This document shows positions 52,090-64,000 of a stretch of 64,000 bases of DNA, piece by piece. The stretch is from Mobula hypostoma. Lineage: Eukaryota. The position numbers and the translations under genes were made by a program. The stretch is taken from NCBI RefSeq assembly GCF_963921235.1, contig NC_086108.1:96164001-96228000 (forward strand), read 5' to 3'. Below the pieces are notes generated by a model. The model worked only from the letters and a program-made list of their open reading frames with translations, searched no databases and was not told where the DNA came from. The stretch's first letter is position 1. Each line of letters opens with the position of its first letter.

Positions 52090-53440
52090 TCAGAATTGGG
52101 TTTAATATCATTGGCATAAGTCATGAAATTTGTTATTTTGTGGCGGCAGTACAGTGCAATGCATAATTTTAAAGATATATAAATTACAACAAGAAATATA
52201 TAGTTTTATCTATTTAAATTAAGTAAGAAGTGCAAAAAAAAGAGAGGTAGGGTATATGGATTCCTTGTCCGTTTAGAAATTTGATGGAGGGTGAGAAGCT
52301 GTTCCTGAAATGATGAGTGTGTGTCTTCAGGCTCCTGTGCCACCTTCTTGATGGTAGCAATAAGAGGGCATACCCTGAGTGACGAGGGTTCTTAATGATG
52401 GATGCTGCCTTCTTGAGGCATCGCCTTTTGAAGGTGTCCTCAATGCTTGTTGAGGCTGGTGACCATGATGGAGCTGGCTGAGTTTACAATTTTCTGCAGC
52501 TTTTTCTGGTCCTGTGCCCCTCCATACCTGCCGGTGATGTAACAAGTTAGAATGCTCTCCATGTTACATCTGTAGAAATTTGCAAGTGTCCTTGGTGACA
52601 TTGAATGGAATTGGCTTTATTACTTACATCCTTCATATACATGATGAGTAAAAATCTTTACATTACATCTCCATCTAAATGTGCAATTTATAATAAGTAG
52701 TATGTACAAGACATAGAAATACAATTGTATTACCATGAATTAATCAATCTGATGGCTTGGTGGAGGAAGCTGTCCCGAAGCCTTTTGGTCCTGACTTTTA
52801 TGCTGTGGCATCGTTTCCCGGATGGTAGCAGCTGGAACGAGTTGTGGTTAGGGTGACTCTGGTCCCCAATGATCCTCCGGGCCCTTTTTACACACCTGTC
52901 TCTGTAAATGCCCTGAATTCACATCTACAGTTGCGCTGGGCTGTCCGCACCACTCTCTGCAGAGTCCTGCAATTGAGGGAAGTACAGTTCCCGTACCAGG
53001 CAGTGATGCAGCCAGTCAGGATGCTCTCCGTTGTGCCCCTGTAGAAAGTTCTTGGGATTTGGGGGCCCATACCAAACTTTTTCAACCGTCTGAGTTGAAA
53101 GAGGCGCTGTTGTGCCTTTTTCACTACACAGCTGGTATGTACAGACCACGTGAGACCACCTACAAAGTCTCCTCAAACTCCTAATAAAATGTAGCCTCTG
53201 TCGTGCCTTCTTTGTAATTGCATCAGTTTTTTTCGGTGCAAAATAGATCTTTAGAGATGTTGACACACAGAACTTGAACCTTACCACTACTGATCTCTCA
53301 GTGAGAACTGGTGTATATTCCCTCGACTTCCTCTTTCTGAAGTCCACAATCAGTTCCTTGGTCTTACTGACATTGAGTGCAAGGTTGTTGTTGTGACAGC
53401 ATTCAATCAGTGATCTATCTCAGTCCTGTATACCAGCTTA
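52090..53440 (-). mobile_element. Rex1/Babar LINE (29668-type) with a nested second Rex1 family 3' end (about 52601-53156, 10168-type)
   Basis: KKAQQRLFQLRRLKKFG...FYRGTTESILTGCITAWYGNC. The inner part is colinear with 10170-10765, the outer parts with 29675-30470. Confidence 0.82.
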
Positions 53441-55724
53441 TTACCATTTTTTCTGCTCCCAAGTTTTTGGTTACCTGTGCCATACTGTTTGTCTGTGAAG
53501 CACCCTGGAAACACTTCTAACTAAAGGTACTAAGTAAATATACGTTGTTGTTGATACCATGACAGGCCTTAATTATGGCTGTTTTAGTTTGTACCGAACT
53601 AAACCTTGCATTTATTACTTTGCTTTATTGCACAAAAAAAATTCTGAAGGCTTATTTCTAAAGGTTGAATTAGCTGGCTGTATCTATAACTTATTACTAA
53701 TCAATGGAATGTCAGGGTCCAATCCACCTGCATTAAGTTTGTGCTGCAGCATGTAGCTATCAGGGAACTAGAAGGGAAAATGTACTGCCCAGGGAAAGTA
53801 GCCCTTACGAAGAAACTTGAGGTGGAAAAGTGTACAACTTCCATTATAATAGAGTGTTGGTGGTGAAAATAATAGTAATAAGTAAATTAAACAAATCCTA
53901 TTGCAAGTTATTCTCCACTTTCTACAACCAACATGTTTTTTTGCAGAAAACTGATTTCACAGAGACTGTCTAGACCAGAGGTAGGCGTATCAAAATGCAA
54001 ATTGCTGGGCAGGGCACATGTTATTTATCACTGAAACATGAAATGTATTGGACTGGCTACAATAAAGCCAGTTGCTCTGGGTCTGTAGCTGCCAAATTTT
54101 ACTCAATGTTATGCTTAAATGTTAGTAAACCTCGTAGTATCTTCATTCATTCCGGCACAACAATTTATTACCTAGTTATTTTCAAGTTTCAAGACTAAGC
54201 TTGAATAAATTCATGTTTCCAGTTTATGAAGGTAATAATCATGGCTAAGAAACAGCGGTCAAAATTTGAGCTTGGACTTAGTAGGCCATTGTCTATTGCA
54301 CAGGCACTCAGTCGGACTTCCTGTGGACCCTTGCAGTGATGTTTATAGTAATTGGAAATGGCACACTACCTCCTAGACTCCTACATTAATTAAAATCTGG
54401 AGGATTGAGACACCATAACAGTACCAGTTAATGTCTAATACCAGGGAGATTATTTAAGACTTAAGATTTATTGGACTCAAATTTGTTCACACAACTCCAT
54501 AACTGAAAATTAAAAATTTTAACTATCTCTGGATACACTAGCTACAAATTTTGTCCCTCTTTTTTAGAAGCACTTTTTTTCTGGCATAAAGCTCTCCCAG
54601 GTGACAAAAAATAGTACAACATGCAAAATTTGTGGACTGCTTCAGTGGTCTTAAAAATATTTATTTACTCCCAGAACATCCTGTTTTTACTACATCCATT
54701 TTGCTTAAAACTGTGTCAACAATGAAATTGTGTCTTTTCCTTCTGAGATAAGGAACCTTCAGTGACTTCAGATAAAATCTTGACTGCATAACTCCTCAGA
54801 ATTGCTTTCACTCTTTTTCCTTGTCCTAGCTGATTGCTGTCATAGCTCACATTTAGTTGATTATTTCTGAATTTGAGAGGTCACCAAAGCTCCATAGCCA
54901 AAGACAGGAGTAGTAATGTACTATATTCACAGGGCATCTTCCTGCCCTGCAGGTTTCCTCAACAATTAGGCATTCAAAGACTGCAGTGGTGTCCTTACAG
55001 GGAATACCCTGTGACTTCATTCCAGGAGCGTCTGACTGTGACCTTGGACTTTTTTTTTATCCCTGTGCATAAAATATCATGCCTCCTGTTAACAGTGTTT
55101 TTTTCAAAACCATCCCTTTGGACCCCTAGGAACATTGTCCCACACCATTACCATTGTTGAAGCACCCTTTCGTTCAGTATCAATGCTAGGTAGCTGGAAA
55201 AGTGTTGTGTGAATGATGTTACCTCAACTCAAAGGCTGCCTGTAATATATTGTAGCATCTATAAAAGTTTGTGGCTTGTCAAAAGGGAACACCATGCTGA
55301 AACATTTCTGTACAGCATTACATAGAGAAAACCAAAAATGCTCATCTGCGAACTTTGGAAATGCAGTTTTCACTCTGTGCAGTTGTCACAAACAGTATGA
55401 GAAGAACTCTGTTACACTGATTTAATGGCAAAAAATAAACTGTCTGGATGTTTAACAAATTTCATGACATACGTAGTTGATGTTAAATCAGATTCTGATT
55501 CTCTCAACAGATGTTGACTGATTATCTGAGTATTTACAGTATTCTTACTTTTTAATTTTCCGACATCTGCAATTGTTTTTTTTGCTTTTTGATTTCCAAG
55601 TATAATATCAGATATAATATTTAAGGCATAACGTAAAACAAGAAATTTCTGGAGTTTTAAATTTTCCTTGGAGGCCAGCACAGTATTTTCTGTTTCTAAA
55701 TCTATATTTTATTCTACAATGGCA

Positions 55725-55803
55725 GTACATACTATTTATTATGCGTAAAGATTTTTATTCCTCGTGTCTACGAAGGATGTAAGTAATAAAGTCAATTCAA
55801 TTC
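55725..55803 (+). mobile_element. Very short 3' end of the 10168-type Rex1 family
   Basis: taaagatttttattcctcgtgtctacgaaggatgtaagtaataaagtcaattcaattca is the reverse complement of ~10172-10230. Confidence 0.7.
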
Positions 55804-56280
55804 AGACCTTGAAGCTCACACAGATAACTAAATGAAACCTTGGTTTTCACGTTATAAGAAAAATGAACTCACCATGAACCACTAGAATACTTGCAAACCT
55901 TACCTCATCTAGATGTTACCTATTTATACTAAACATTTGTTCTGATTTATCAAGAAGTTTTCAATATAATTATACTCTTTTTTTTACATGATACTGATGT
56001 ATTTGTTTAAAAAAAAATCCCACGCCAGATTATATAATTCAGAAAGATAATCAGTGGCAAAGAAGCGGAGGCCACATCTTTATGCCATCTGCGTTAATTT
56101 GCACACAGGTTGAGGCTCAGCTTCAACTATATCCAGCAATCAACTTTAAGTAACCTGTTCAAAAAAATAAGAACTACTGAACACCAGTAATCTAGACTGT
56201 TAGTGTTAAATATTAAGCAATTTTTAAGTTTATAAACATGAATAGGGTTAACGAAATGTTTTCATTCTTCCTAATTTCAG

Positions 56281-56464
56281 GTGACTACAAATTCTACTGT
56301 CCAGTTTCCAACAGTAAATTTTACCTTATCAAAATCATTGGAAGAGCACTCAATGCCTCAAGGTAGTAAACATTTACTGCAGTGGACTCAGAAAAAATAT
56401 GGATCTGTGACATCTTTCACCGAATTGAACAAGGTTAATAATATTTACATCAAAGTAGGTGAAG
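56281..56464 (+). CDS. TGFBR3: TGFBR3 internal coding exon, 184 bp, phase 0/1
   Basis: tttcAG acceptor, G|GTAAGT donor. Translates VTTNSTVQFPTVNFTLSKSLEEHSMPQGSKHLLQWTQKKYGSVTSFTELNKVNNIYIKVGE, containing the betaglycan motif YGxVTSFTEL...NIYIKVGE. Confidence 0.95.
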
Positions 56465-56740
56465 GTAAGTCCATTTTATTCTCTGGCTTCAATCTGAAAT
56501 GTTTTTTTTTTACTTTTTGGCAATGATACAACTGTTTGTAAGTAACAGTTATCCTTGTATAATTCCTTGAGATTGGTCCTAATAGGTAAATGAGAGGTTT
56601 GATTTTTTTTAATCAATTGTTTAGCTTTTAAAACCTCTATATAATTTTTCCATAATGTTTGGTAAAATCAGCATTTAAGATTTTTTTTAGCCACAGTTAT
56701 ACTGAATAGATCATAAAACAATAATTATAACTTTTTTTAG

Positions 56741-56909
56741 ATCCTTCATTGTTACCCACATGCATTATAGAGAAGAACTTCCTGTCTCAGAATTACCTCG
56801 GAGCTTATTTGAAAATGCAACCTGCACAGGGTTGTACATCCTCAAACCCAATAGGTGAAAAGGAGGTTCATGTTATTGACTTGGAATCCCCAAGTTCGAA
56901 TCCTTACAG
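56741..56909 (+). CDS. TGFBR3: TGFBR3 internal coding exon, 169 bp, phase 1/2
   Basis: tttttttAG acceptor, AG|GTAAGT donor. In frame with the previous exon across a 276-bp intron: DPSLLPTCIIEKNFLSQNYLGAYLKMQPAQGCTSSNPIGEKEVHVIDLESPSSNPY. Conserved CxIxKNFLSxNYL, GC and EVHxI motifs. Confidence 0.95.
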
Positions 56910-58896
56910 GTAAGTGAGAATTTTGGTCTGATTTGAATCTTTGGTTCTTCTTGAAATGCTGATTCGCTCTTAAAATGTTGAACTGCTGTGTGATGAAGCT
57001 AAACATTATCATAATACCTAGAAGTAGCTAATTACTTCTAACAGATGATTTAATGATTAAAATTTATTAGTTCTAAATGTAATACACATTTTTAAATCAC
57101 TCTTTTGTTTTTTGTTACAGCAAATTGTAATCTTGTTTATCAGGTACTTTTTTGAGCCTATCACTGAGGTGTTCAGTGGACCCAGATATGACCAGAGCTA
57201 ATTTTTGGGACAGTGCTTGCATAGGTATACTTCTGATAGGAGGTGTTGACTGAAGGAAACTTTTAATGCCACCTCTTTTGTGAAATGACAGACAGTATTT
57301 TCACTCATTTTACATCAGATGAACATGGAACCATTTCCCATTTCATTGGATATTTTCCAGCATTTTTGCTCACTAAATTTTGAGGGACTCATGCTAAAAG
57401 CACCTAGGTATAGTGACAGCATCAAGTTTGTCCTCCAGAGAGTTACACGGTCACTGCCCTTGACTACATTTTAAATATGTTTGGTTGAACCTTCATTGTT
57501 ATGAAAACCTTCTTCCTTTGGGAGTGAACAATGCCAGGTAGTGTAAAGACCAAGATGGTGCAAAACCAGTGCTCTGAGTAGAAATTCGTTTTGGCTATTG
57601 TACTGTCAGTAATTTAAGCAAGCTGGATACTAGAAAAACAGCTCCAGGGTTCTCTAACATCTTTTCCACTATGCCCAGAACTTATTTACGACTAGCAGTA
57701 AGTCTCCAGAAATCTGCACAAAATTGGTTAATGTTACGTTTTTCTGGCTTCCCAACGATGAATTTCTATGCTAATGTCTAGTTGCATCTTGTTAAACTTC
57801 CATTACTTGACACAACTAACTACTTCCAGATGACTCCCTGGTGACTGTTTTGATGGAGCAGCAGTGTTTCACATTGCAGGATTCTCGGAATGCTCCATCT
57901 AACCTCAGGAAATAGTTCATGATGACGCCTTGTGTCATAGTAACTGGATGCAATAGTTTCCATAATTACCTCCCCCTACTAATTCCTAAGTTTACCAAAA
58001 GAAACTTCAGTTTGTTAAGCTTTAAGTTTGGTGTTAGCAAATCCACATTTTGTTTTAATATTATGTTACTAAAAAATTAAGTGGCACTAAAATGCATTTA
58101 TATATTTCAAATTTAAAACACTTATTTATTTTCAGTAAAGTGTCTCGCAAGTGTCATGTTATCTTAACATGAAAATTTTAGTTCATTTACTAGTTGTGGT
58201 CACTTCTGATGTAAATGCCGCCTCTGTTGGCCCTCTGAGGTATTATTTCCTATTTCATTGCATTTTCCATGGAATGATCCTGGTGATGACATCAGTACAA
58301 TTAAATTTCCTGGACATAACGTTTGACCATATCACCCTATATTGCACAATTAAATTTCTACAATGAGGAGGCCAAATATGTTTTTCAATCACTTGATAAA
58401 AGCAATTCAAAGGATAATATACCCAAATGCTACAACAATGTTGTCTAGCCATCGCTGAAGGCTTAGTTGGCACAGCTTTTAACAAACTTAGTAACTCTTT
58501 TTATAAACACACATAACAGACCTTTAAAATGTTCCTCTTGTGGATTCCCATTTTAACAATCTTTTTTTCTGTCCTCTTACAAATGTATCTATGTAATAAA
58601 TACAAAATATTGGACATAGCACTTTTTGTTTTGTCCTCTTTTGGCATATAGTCTAAAATATCTATTCCAGCATTTAATGTAATGGTCAGCTGTGCCCTGA
58701 CTTGGAAAGTTGTGTGAATACATTTGAGATGTGCCAAGCAAATATCAGAGAATTGGTTGTACTTGCCCTTGCTCCACCTAACAGAAGTAATGGAGACTGT
58801 TCACTTTGGTCATACTCGATGCATGGACCATATTATCTAAGTATAAGAGAAAATAGTGAAAAGAATTATCATCTGTAGCAATGACGCACCTTGGAT

Positions 58897-59360
58897 GGTC
58901 ATAGAGCAGCACAGAAACAAGCCCTTTCGCCCACCAAGCCCATGCCAAGCTAGGATTCTGCCTAATCACAGTGTCCTAACCTAGGCCAAAGCCCTCCGCA
59001 CCCTTTCTATCTATGTATTATCCAAATTTCTCTTAAGTGTTGAAATTGAACCCATATCCACCACTTCCACTGGCAACTCGTTTCACACTCTAACCACCCT
59101 CTGAGGGAAGAAGTTCCCCCTCATCATCCCCTTAAACATTCCACCCTTTCACTTTTAATCCACGACCTCTATTTCTACTGTTACCAACCTCAGTGGAAAA
59201 AGCTTGCTTGCATTTGCCCTATCTATACCCTTCATATTTTTGTATATCTCATTCAAATCTTCCCTCATTTTCCTACACTCCAGGGAATTAAGTCTGAACC
59301 TGTTTCCTTGTAACTCAGGTTCTCAGGTCTCAGCAGCATCCTTGTAAATTTTCTCTGTAC
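58897..59360 (-). mobile_element. CR1 3' end
   Basis: Colinear with 18075-18535 (cagcacagaaacaagccctt...accaccctctgagggaagaagtt...aaattttctctgtac). Confidence 0.8.
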
Positions 59361-59702
59361 GTGATGGTATTTAGTTCAACAAAAACCAAAGTTGATTTAT
59401 TTGTCTGTGCAAGTTAAACTATAGTTGTGAGAGTTGTATTAATGGTCTAAGTGCATCCTCAAAAATCTGACCCTTCAACTACTTCTGGAAAAAGTGTGTA
59501 GTATTGTTTTGAGTGAATGTTATTATGAATCATCTTATAATGCATATCGCATTGTAGCGTATTTTGCACATGTTCTATTGTCTGGGATTAATTCCAACAT
59601 TTTAATCAACTGGCCAGACACTAGAGACATATTCAGCTGGAAAAGGTTGAACATAAGTAAAAATTCTGGCACGTATACAAACTTTTTTATGCTATTCCAC
59701 AG

Positions 59703-59853
59703 CAGGATTTTCAAAGTGGACGTAGTTGTCGACATACGGCCAATGCATGCAGATACTGTGCTCTCCAGAAGTATTTTGCTGATCCTCAAGTGCGAGAAAG
59801 CAGTCAATTGGGTAATCAAGTCACATGATATCATTGGAAAGCTAGAAGTGATT
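59703..59853 (+). CDS. TGFBR3: TGFBR3 internal coding exon, 151 bp (148 bp if the second AG is used, start 59706), phase 2/0
   Basis: cacAGcAG tandem acceptor, GTAAGT donor. Translates (S)RIFKVDVVVDIRPMHADTVLSRSILLILKCEKAVNWVIKSHDIIGKLEVI, matching betaglycan DIRP...LILKCxKxVNWVIKS. Confidence 0.94.
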
Positions 59854-61013
59854 GTAAGTGTTTATGCATTAAGCCCTGTTAATGAATGAGTAATTATTAA
59901 CCAGAAATCTAACTACTATAATCAGGTTTGTTATTTTATTAGTCGTTGTAACTCTCCAGATGAATTAGCAAGTAAGTGGTTTTTAAAATGTTGAAATCTT
60001 CTAAAGAAGTGTACCTCTAAAAGCTACAGAAAATTTCAATCTACAAATGTATATTATTTTCATACATGTAAGAATTATTGAAATTGTTTTTATTGAGGAT
60101 CACAGTTCATCTAAAAAAAATTGATTCCTTGCAAAAGTTTGACTCCTCGTCTTTGCATGATAATACAGGTTAGGGGCCCTTGCAGAGTGCAACTTGAGGT
60201 ATAATCCTTAGAATGCATTTTTCTGCTGGCTCCCTCGGGGTGTTGGTTGTCGAGTTCAGTATTTGCACAAAATATTCTCAGAGTAACTCTACAGCTTCAT
60301 GTGCCATGCTCTCAAGAGCAGATGATATTCTTTTATGATTTCAACACAGTTCTTCATTTTTATTGCTGTAAGTTTCCAGGATTTTCTTCCTCGAGATTTT
60401 GGTAACACAAGCCAGGAGCAATTTAAGATTGGAAACGTTTCAGCACTCCTTTATGATCTGATCAAAAAAGAATATTTTAAAAATTTGATTATATTCTCCA
60501 GTTGGGCAAAACATTGAGCCAAAACACACATTGATGCACTCATCAGGCATGGAGTTATGACAGGAATGGAGCTGAGGAGCCAGATGTATAGCATGCCCAT
60601 CATTCAGAACATTATGGAGCACCTCTGGACTTGAAGATGAGTCCTCACAGGAGTCCACTGTTGCTATTACTCTAGTGCTACATAATCACCAGATTAGTAC
60701 AAAATAGAGTTGTTTCATTAAAAAGGTATATGTGGGTTAAAGATCAAAGAATCAATTTTGAGATAGAATCACATCCCTGTTATTCAGAATTGTTTTGTGA
60801 GTGAAATGTTCAGTTCATTTTGTACTCTTTATTCATTCAGGAGAATCGTGGATAAGTATGTATTTATCGCGTTATTCTGCTCAAGTGAGTGTTGCAAGCT
60901 TCCTTCATGAACTGCAGCAGCCTTTGGGGTAAACATACTTGCAGTGTGCTGCTTAGCTAGGTAGCTTCAGGATTTTGGTCATGCAGCATTGGAGATGGCA
61001 ATGTATTTCTGTA

Positions 61014-61655
61014 GCAACACACACAAAAAGTGCTGGTGAATGCAGCAGGCCAGGCAGCATCTATGGGAAGAAGTACAGTTGACATTTTGGGCCGAGACCC
61101 TTCGTCAGGACTAACTGAAAGAAGAGTTAGTAAGAGATTTGAAAGGGGGAGGGGGAGATCTGAAATGATAGGAGAAGACAGGAGGGAGAGGGATGGAGCT
61201 AAGAGCTGGAAAGTTGATTGGCAAAAGGGATACAAGGCTGGAGAAGGGAGAGGGTCATGGGACGGGAGGCCTCGGGAGAAAGAAAGGGGGAAAACCCAGA
61301 GGATGGGCAAGGAGTTATAGTGAGAGGGACAGAGGGAGAAAAAAGAAAGGGAAAAAGGCGGGGGGGGGGGGGGATAAATAAATAAATAAATAAGGGATGG
61401 GCTACGAAGGGGAGATTGGGCATTAACGGAAGTTAGAGAATTCAGTGTTCATGCCATCAGATTGGAGGCTACCCAGATGGAATATAAGTTGTTTTTCCTT
61501 CAACCTGAGTGTGGCTTCATCTTGACAGTAGAGGAGACCATGGATAGACATACCAGAATGGGAATGGGACATGGAATTAAAATGTGTGGCCACTGGGAGA
61601 TCCTGCTTTCTCTGGCAGACAGAGCGTAGGTGTTCAGTGAAACGGTCTCCCAGCC
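61014..61655 (-). mobile_element. Penelope 3' fragment (GIY-YIG tail plus pseudo-LTR; hammerhead GAAA mutated to AAAA)
   Basis: Colinear with 16180-16655 and the reverse complement of 4590-4832. Inserted in an older LINE remnant (about 60840-61900). Confidence 0.85.
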
Positions 61656-61924
61656 TGGTTGAATGTATTTCTGTGTTGGCATTCCTCTGATAGTGTGACT
61701 ACTGGGGTATGTGCAAATGTGGCTTTGTCATGGGGCAACTGTCCTTAGGTGATATGGAGAACCTTTGGTAAATTGATACATATAATGCACACTCTAGCTA
61801 TGTGGTACCATGTTGAAGGGGATAAATGTTAAGGTGCCGTTTAAGTAGGCTGCTTCTCTTTGACTGTACTAAACTTGTTGAACATTGTTTGAACAAGTGA
61901 TTCAGTTAATACACTGCTTAAATG

Positions 61925-61978
61925 TATTAACTTAAGAAATGGACCACTGGTTAAATTGGTCCATTTCTTAAGTTAATA
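61925..61978. repeat. Perfect 22-bp inverted repeat with 10-nt spacer
   Basis: tattaacttaagaaatggacca - ctggttaaat - tggtccatttcttaagttaata. Confidence 0.95.
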
Positions 61979-62739
61979 AAGCTCTGAGGAAGGTAGATTA
62001 GAATACAAGGTCAGGAAATTGCTCCCAGAACGATGATTCTCTCACTTACTACCACAGTGTCAATCCATCAGCTATGTTGTGTGGGGCACTACTAGCTCAA
62101 CAAATGGAAGGGAGTGTCATGTTGGTGGATATGAAAGACCCTCGCCTAGTGTGAACTTGGCACTCAGAGCAGAAGGGTACAGATTTAAACCCTGAGCAGG
62201 AGCGCTAGGTGGTAAATAGTTTTCCTTACCAATATCTGCTCTGATGTCTTGAGATTTCATGGGATTCTGAATCAGTATTGAGGATTCTCATCTGCTTGGT
62301 CACATCTAATGGTTCTGTCCAACTGGTGGGACAGGGGAAACCCAGAACTTATGTTTATTAGCTGTAAGCTCAGATTCTGTGAGTATGATTGTAAGACTGG
62401 TCTATAAATAACTCTCATAATGTTTTCAGCTATTGATTTTAAAAATTGACTGGTTTTATTAAATTTAGTTTGCCTTTGACTAACGTCTTTCAAGACATAA
62501 AGTGTATAGAATGCCATTAGAAAAGTGGCTGTTTTATCATACTTCAGAAGTGTTTTGAAACTTGTATCCATGAGTCATTCTTCATACCATAAAGCTAAAT
62601 ATTTTAAAGTTTTAACTTATTCATAGGAATATGAGAATTTTATTTTGGTATAAAGGTGAACCCTCCAGCCACAAAAGCATCAATAGCTTGACTGGGTCTC
62701 CTTTGCATTACCAATGGAACTTTTAGAGTTATGCAGTAT

Positions 62740-62985
62740 GGAAGCAAACCCTTTAGCATTTATTTACACTAATCCTACACTAACCCCATTTTATTCTTCC
62801 TATATTACCATTAACTCCCCCCAGATTCTACACCTTAATGTTAGGGGCATTTACAGTGACCAGTTTACCTACCACACACATGTCCTTGGGATGTGGGAGG
62901 AGACCCATGTGTTCACGAGGAGAATGTACATATTTCACCAGCTTCAGATTAAACCAAGATCAGTAGAGCTGTGCACCACTGTGCC
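62740..62985 (-). mobile_element. Degenerate V-SINE-type SINE
   Basis: Colinear with 49610-49920 (catttatttacactaatcctac...gggatgtgggaggag...gcaccactgtgcc). Confidence 0.62.
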
Positions 62986-64000
62986 TTTTTGGAGGTGTGT
63001 CTATTCTATATGGAGGTAAAAAATTGCATGATATCCAGGCCAATATTTAGCCCTGCATCAAATATATTTTTTAAAAAATTATCTGACCATAATTATGAGC
63101 TTGGTGTGCACAGATTGGCTGCCAACATTACAAAAGTGACAGCATTTCTGAAGTAGATCACTAGCAAGAAAGCACAAGGGTCAGGATGTGATCTATATTA
63201 ATGCCATATTTTTGCCTAAAGCTAAAATTACATTTTTTTAAAGTAGAACTTAAGTTATTTTGTAAAACCGAAGGTGATGTTGTCTACATCTTGTCAAAAT
63301 GAATGTACTGAACTTTGTTTAGCTGTAAAATAAATAGGATGAGCGTGTGTTAAGATAGTGCATTTATGCACTGGCAGTGCATATAAATTTGGTGTAAACA
63401 TTGGCATAAACAAATAAAATACTCTGTGGCGAGCCATCAGATGTAATTAATTTCAATTGGAGATTTAATGTTTGAAGGTGCACTCATTCAACATTTCTAT
63501 AATCCATAGTAGCATCTTTCTGTGAGCTATCACTTTTCGATTCATTATTGTAGTCAGGGGAAGATAACAATTTGTTATATTTTTTATTGTTACCTACAAC
63601 ATTTGTTTGAAGTGACTCAGACTACTCTATGATGCAGGAAATGTCTGTTATATTTAAACAAAAAGCCTTTCCAATAATCAGAGAGACAGCTGCATCATGA
63701 GGCTCAAATGACTTGAGTTACAACTGTCCAACTTCCATTAAGAGGGCAAAGTGATTTATATTTTTGCTGATGACTTTCCAATATTCAGTTCCATTTACAA
63801 ACCCTCAGCAAATGAAGCAGGCCATTCCTACATGCAGAAAAGCCTATACTGTACACACTAGGACTGGCTGCTGCGAAGGGATCAGGGATCAGGATCCAGA
63901 CCACAGCATTCGCTCCGGGCTCAGATTTCACCATCCAACCTGAAGCCACTGTCAAGCTCTTCAAAGCAAGGCTTCAGGCACATAGAAACACCTTGACCTC

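Noticed and set aside
52888..53124. Similarity to the ALKBH8 N-terminal (DUF1891-like) segment
   Set aside because: This motif is the C-terminal part of Rex1/Babar RT ORFs. It occurs in several decayed copies here and is not an ALKBH8 gene.
57121..57143. Possible 23-nt microexon (ttacAG...cag|GTactt)
   Set aside because: Weak donor, frameshifting length and no similarity to betaglycan.
59494..59889. 131-aa ORF as a standalone gene
   Set aside because: Only 59703-59853 is coding (TGFBR3 exon); the flanks are open intron sequence.
63810..64000. GC-richer stretch at the window end as the next TGFBR3 exon
   Set aside because: No frame matches the expected exon (WA..NGYSPxTSY..A..ANRF) and there is no good acceptor. 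It contains a short gggatca repeat and is of unclear origin.
1..64000. CRISPR arrays, rRNA, true tRNA genes, prokaryotic operons
   Set aside because: No regularly spaced repeats or RNA-gene signatures seen. The tRNA-like heads belong to decayed SINEs, and the sequence is vertebrate intron.

Overview
Eukaryotic, repeat-rich and AT-rich genomic DNA. The repeat families (Penelope-like elements with hammerhead motifs, CR1, Rex1/Babar, V-SINE-type SINEs) suggest a cartilaginous fish, probably a ray or shark; this is inference. The only host gene I can support is a + strand TGFBR3 (betaglycan)-type gene. Four internal coding exons of its N-terminal orphan domain are visible (34269-34406, 56281-56464, 56741-56909, 59703/59706-59853), all with canonical AG/GT and compatible phases. 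The exons before and after these were not found, so the rest of the window is probably intron. Almost all ORFs in the supplied track are transposon remnants or chance ORFs. The most notable structures are: a nested cluster at 1-4832 (L1 in a hAT MITE in a Penelope element, a second L1 with an exact TSD, and an inverted pseudo-LTR); about ten Penelope-derived copies carrying a minimal hammerhead ribozyme motif, several of them ~90-190 bp mini-insertions whose 5' edge sits at the ribozyme; a NAGNAG acceptor in TGFBR3; and a perfect 22-bp intronic hairpin. I see no convincing wholly new system. The best candidate is the hammerhead-bounded mini-element family. Boundaries of old repeats are approximate, and family names come from motif recognition, not database searches.
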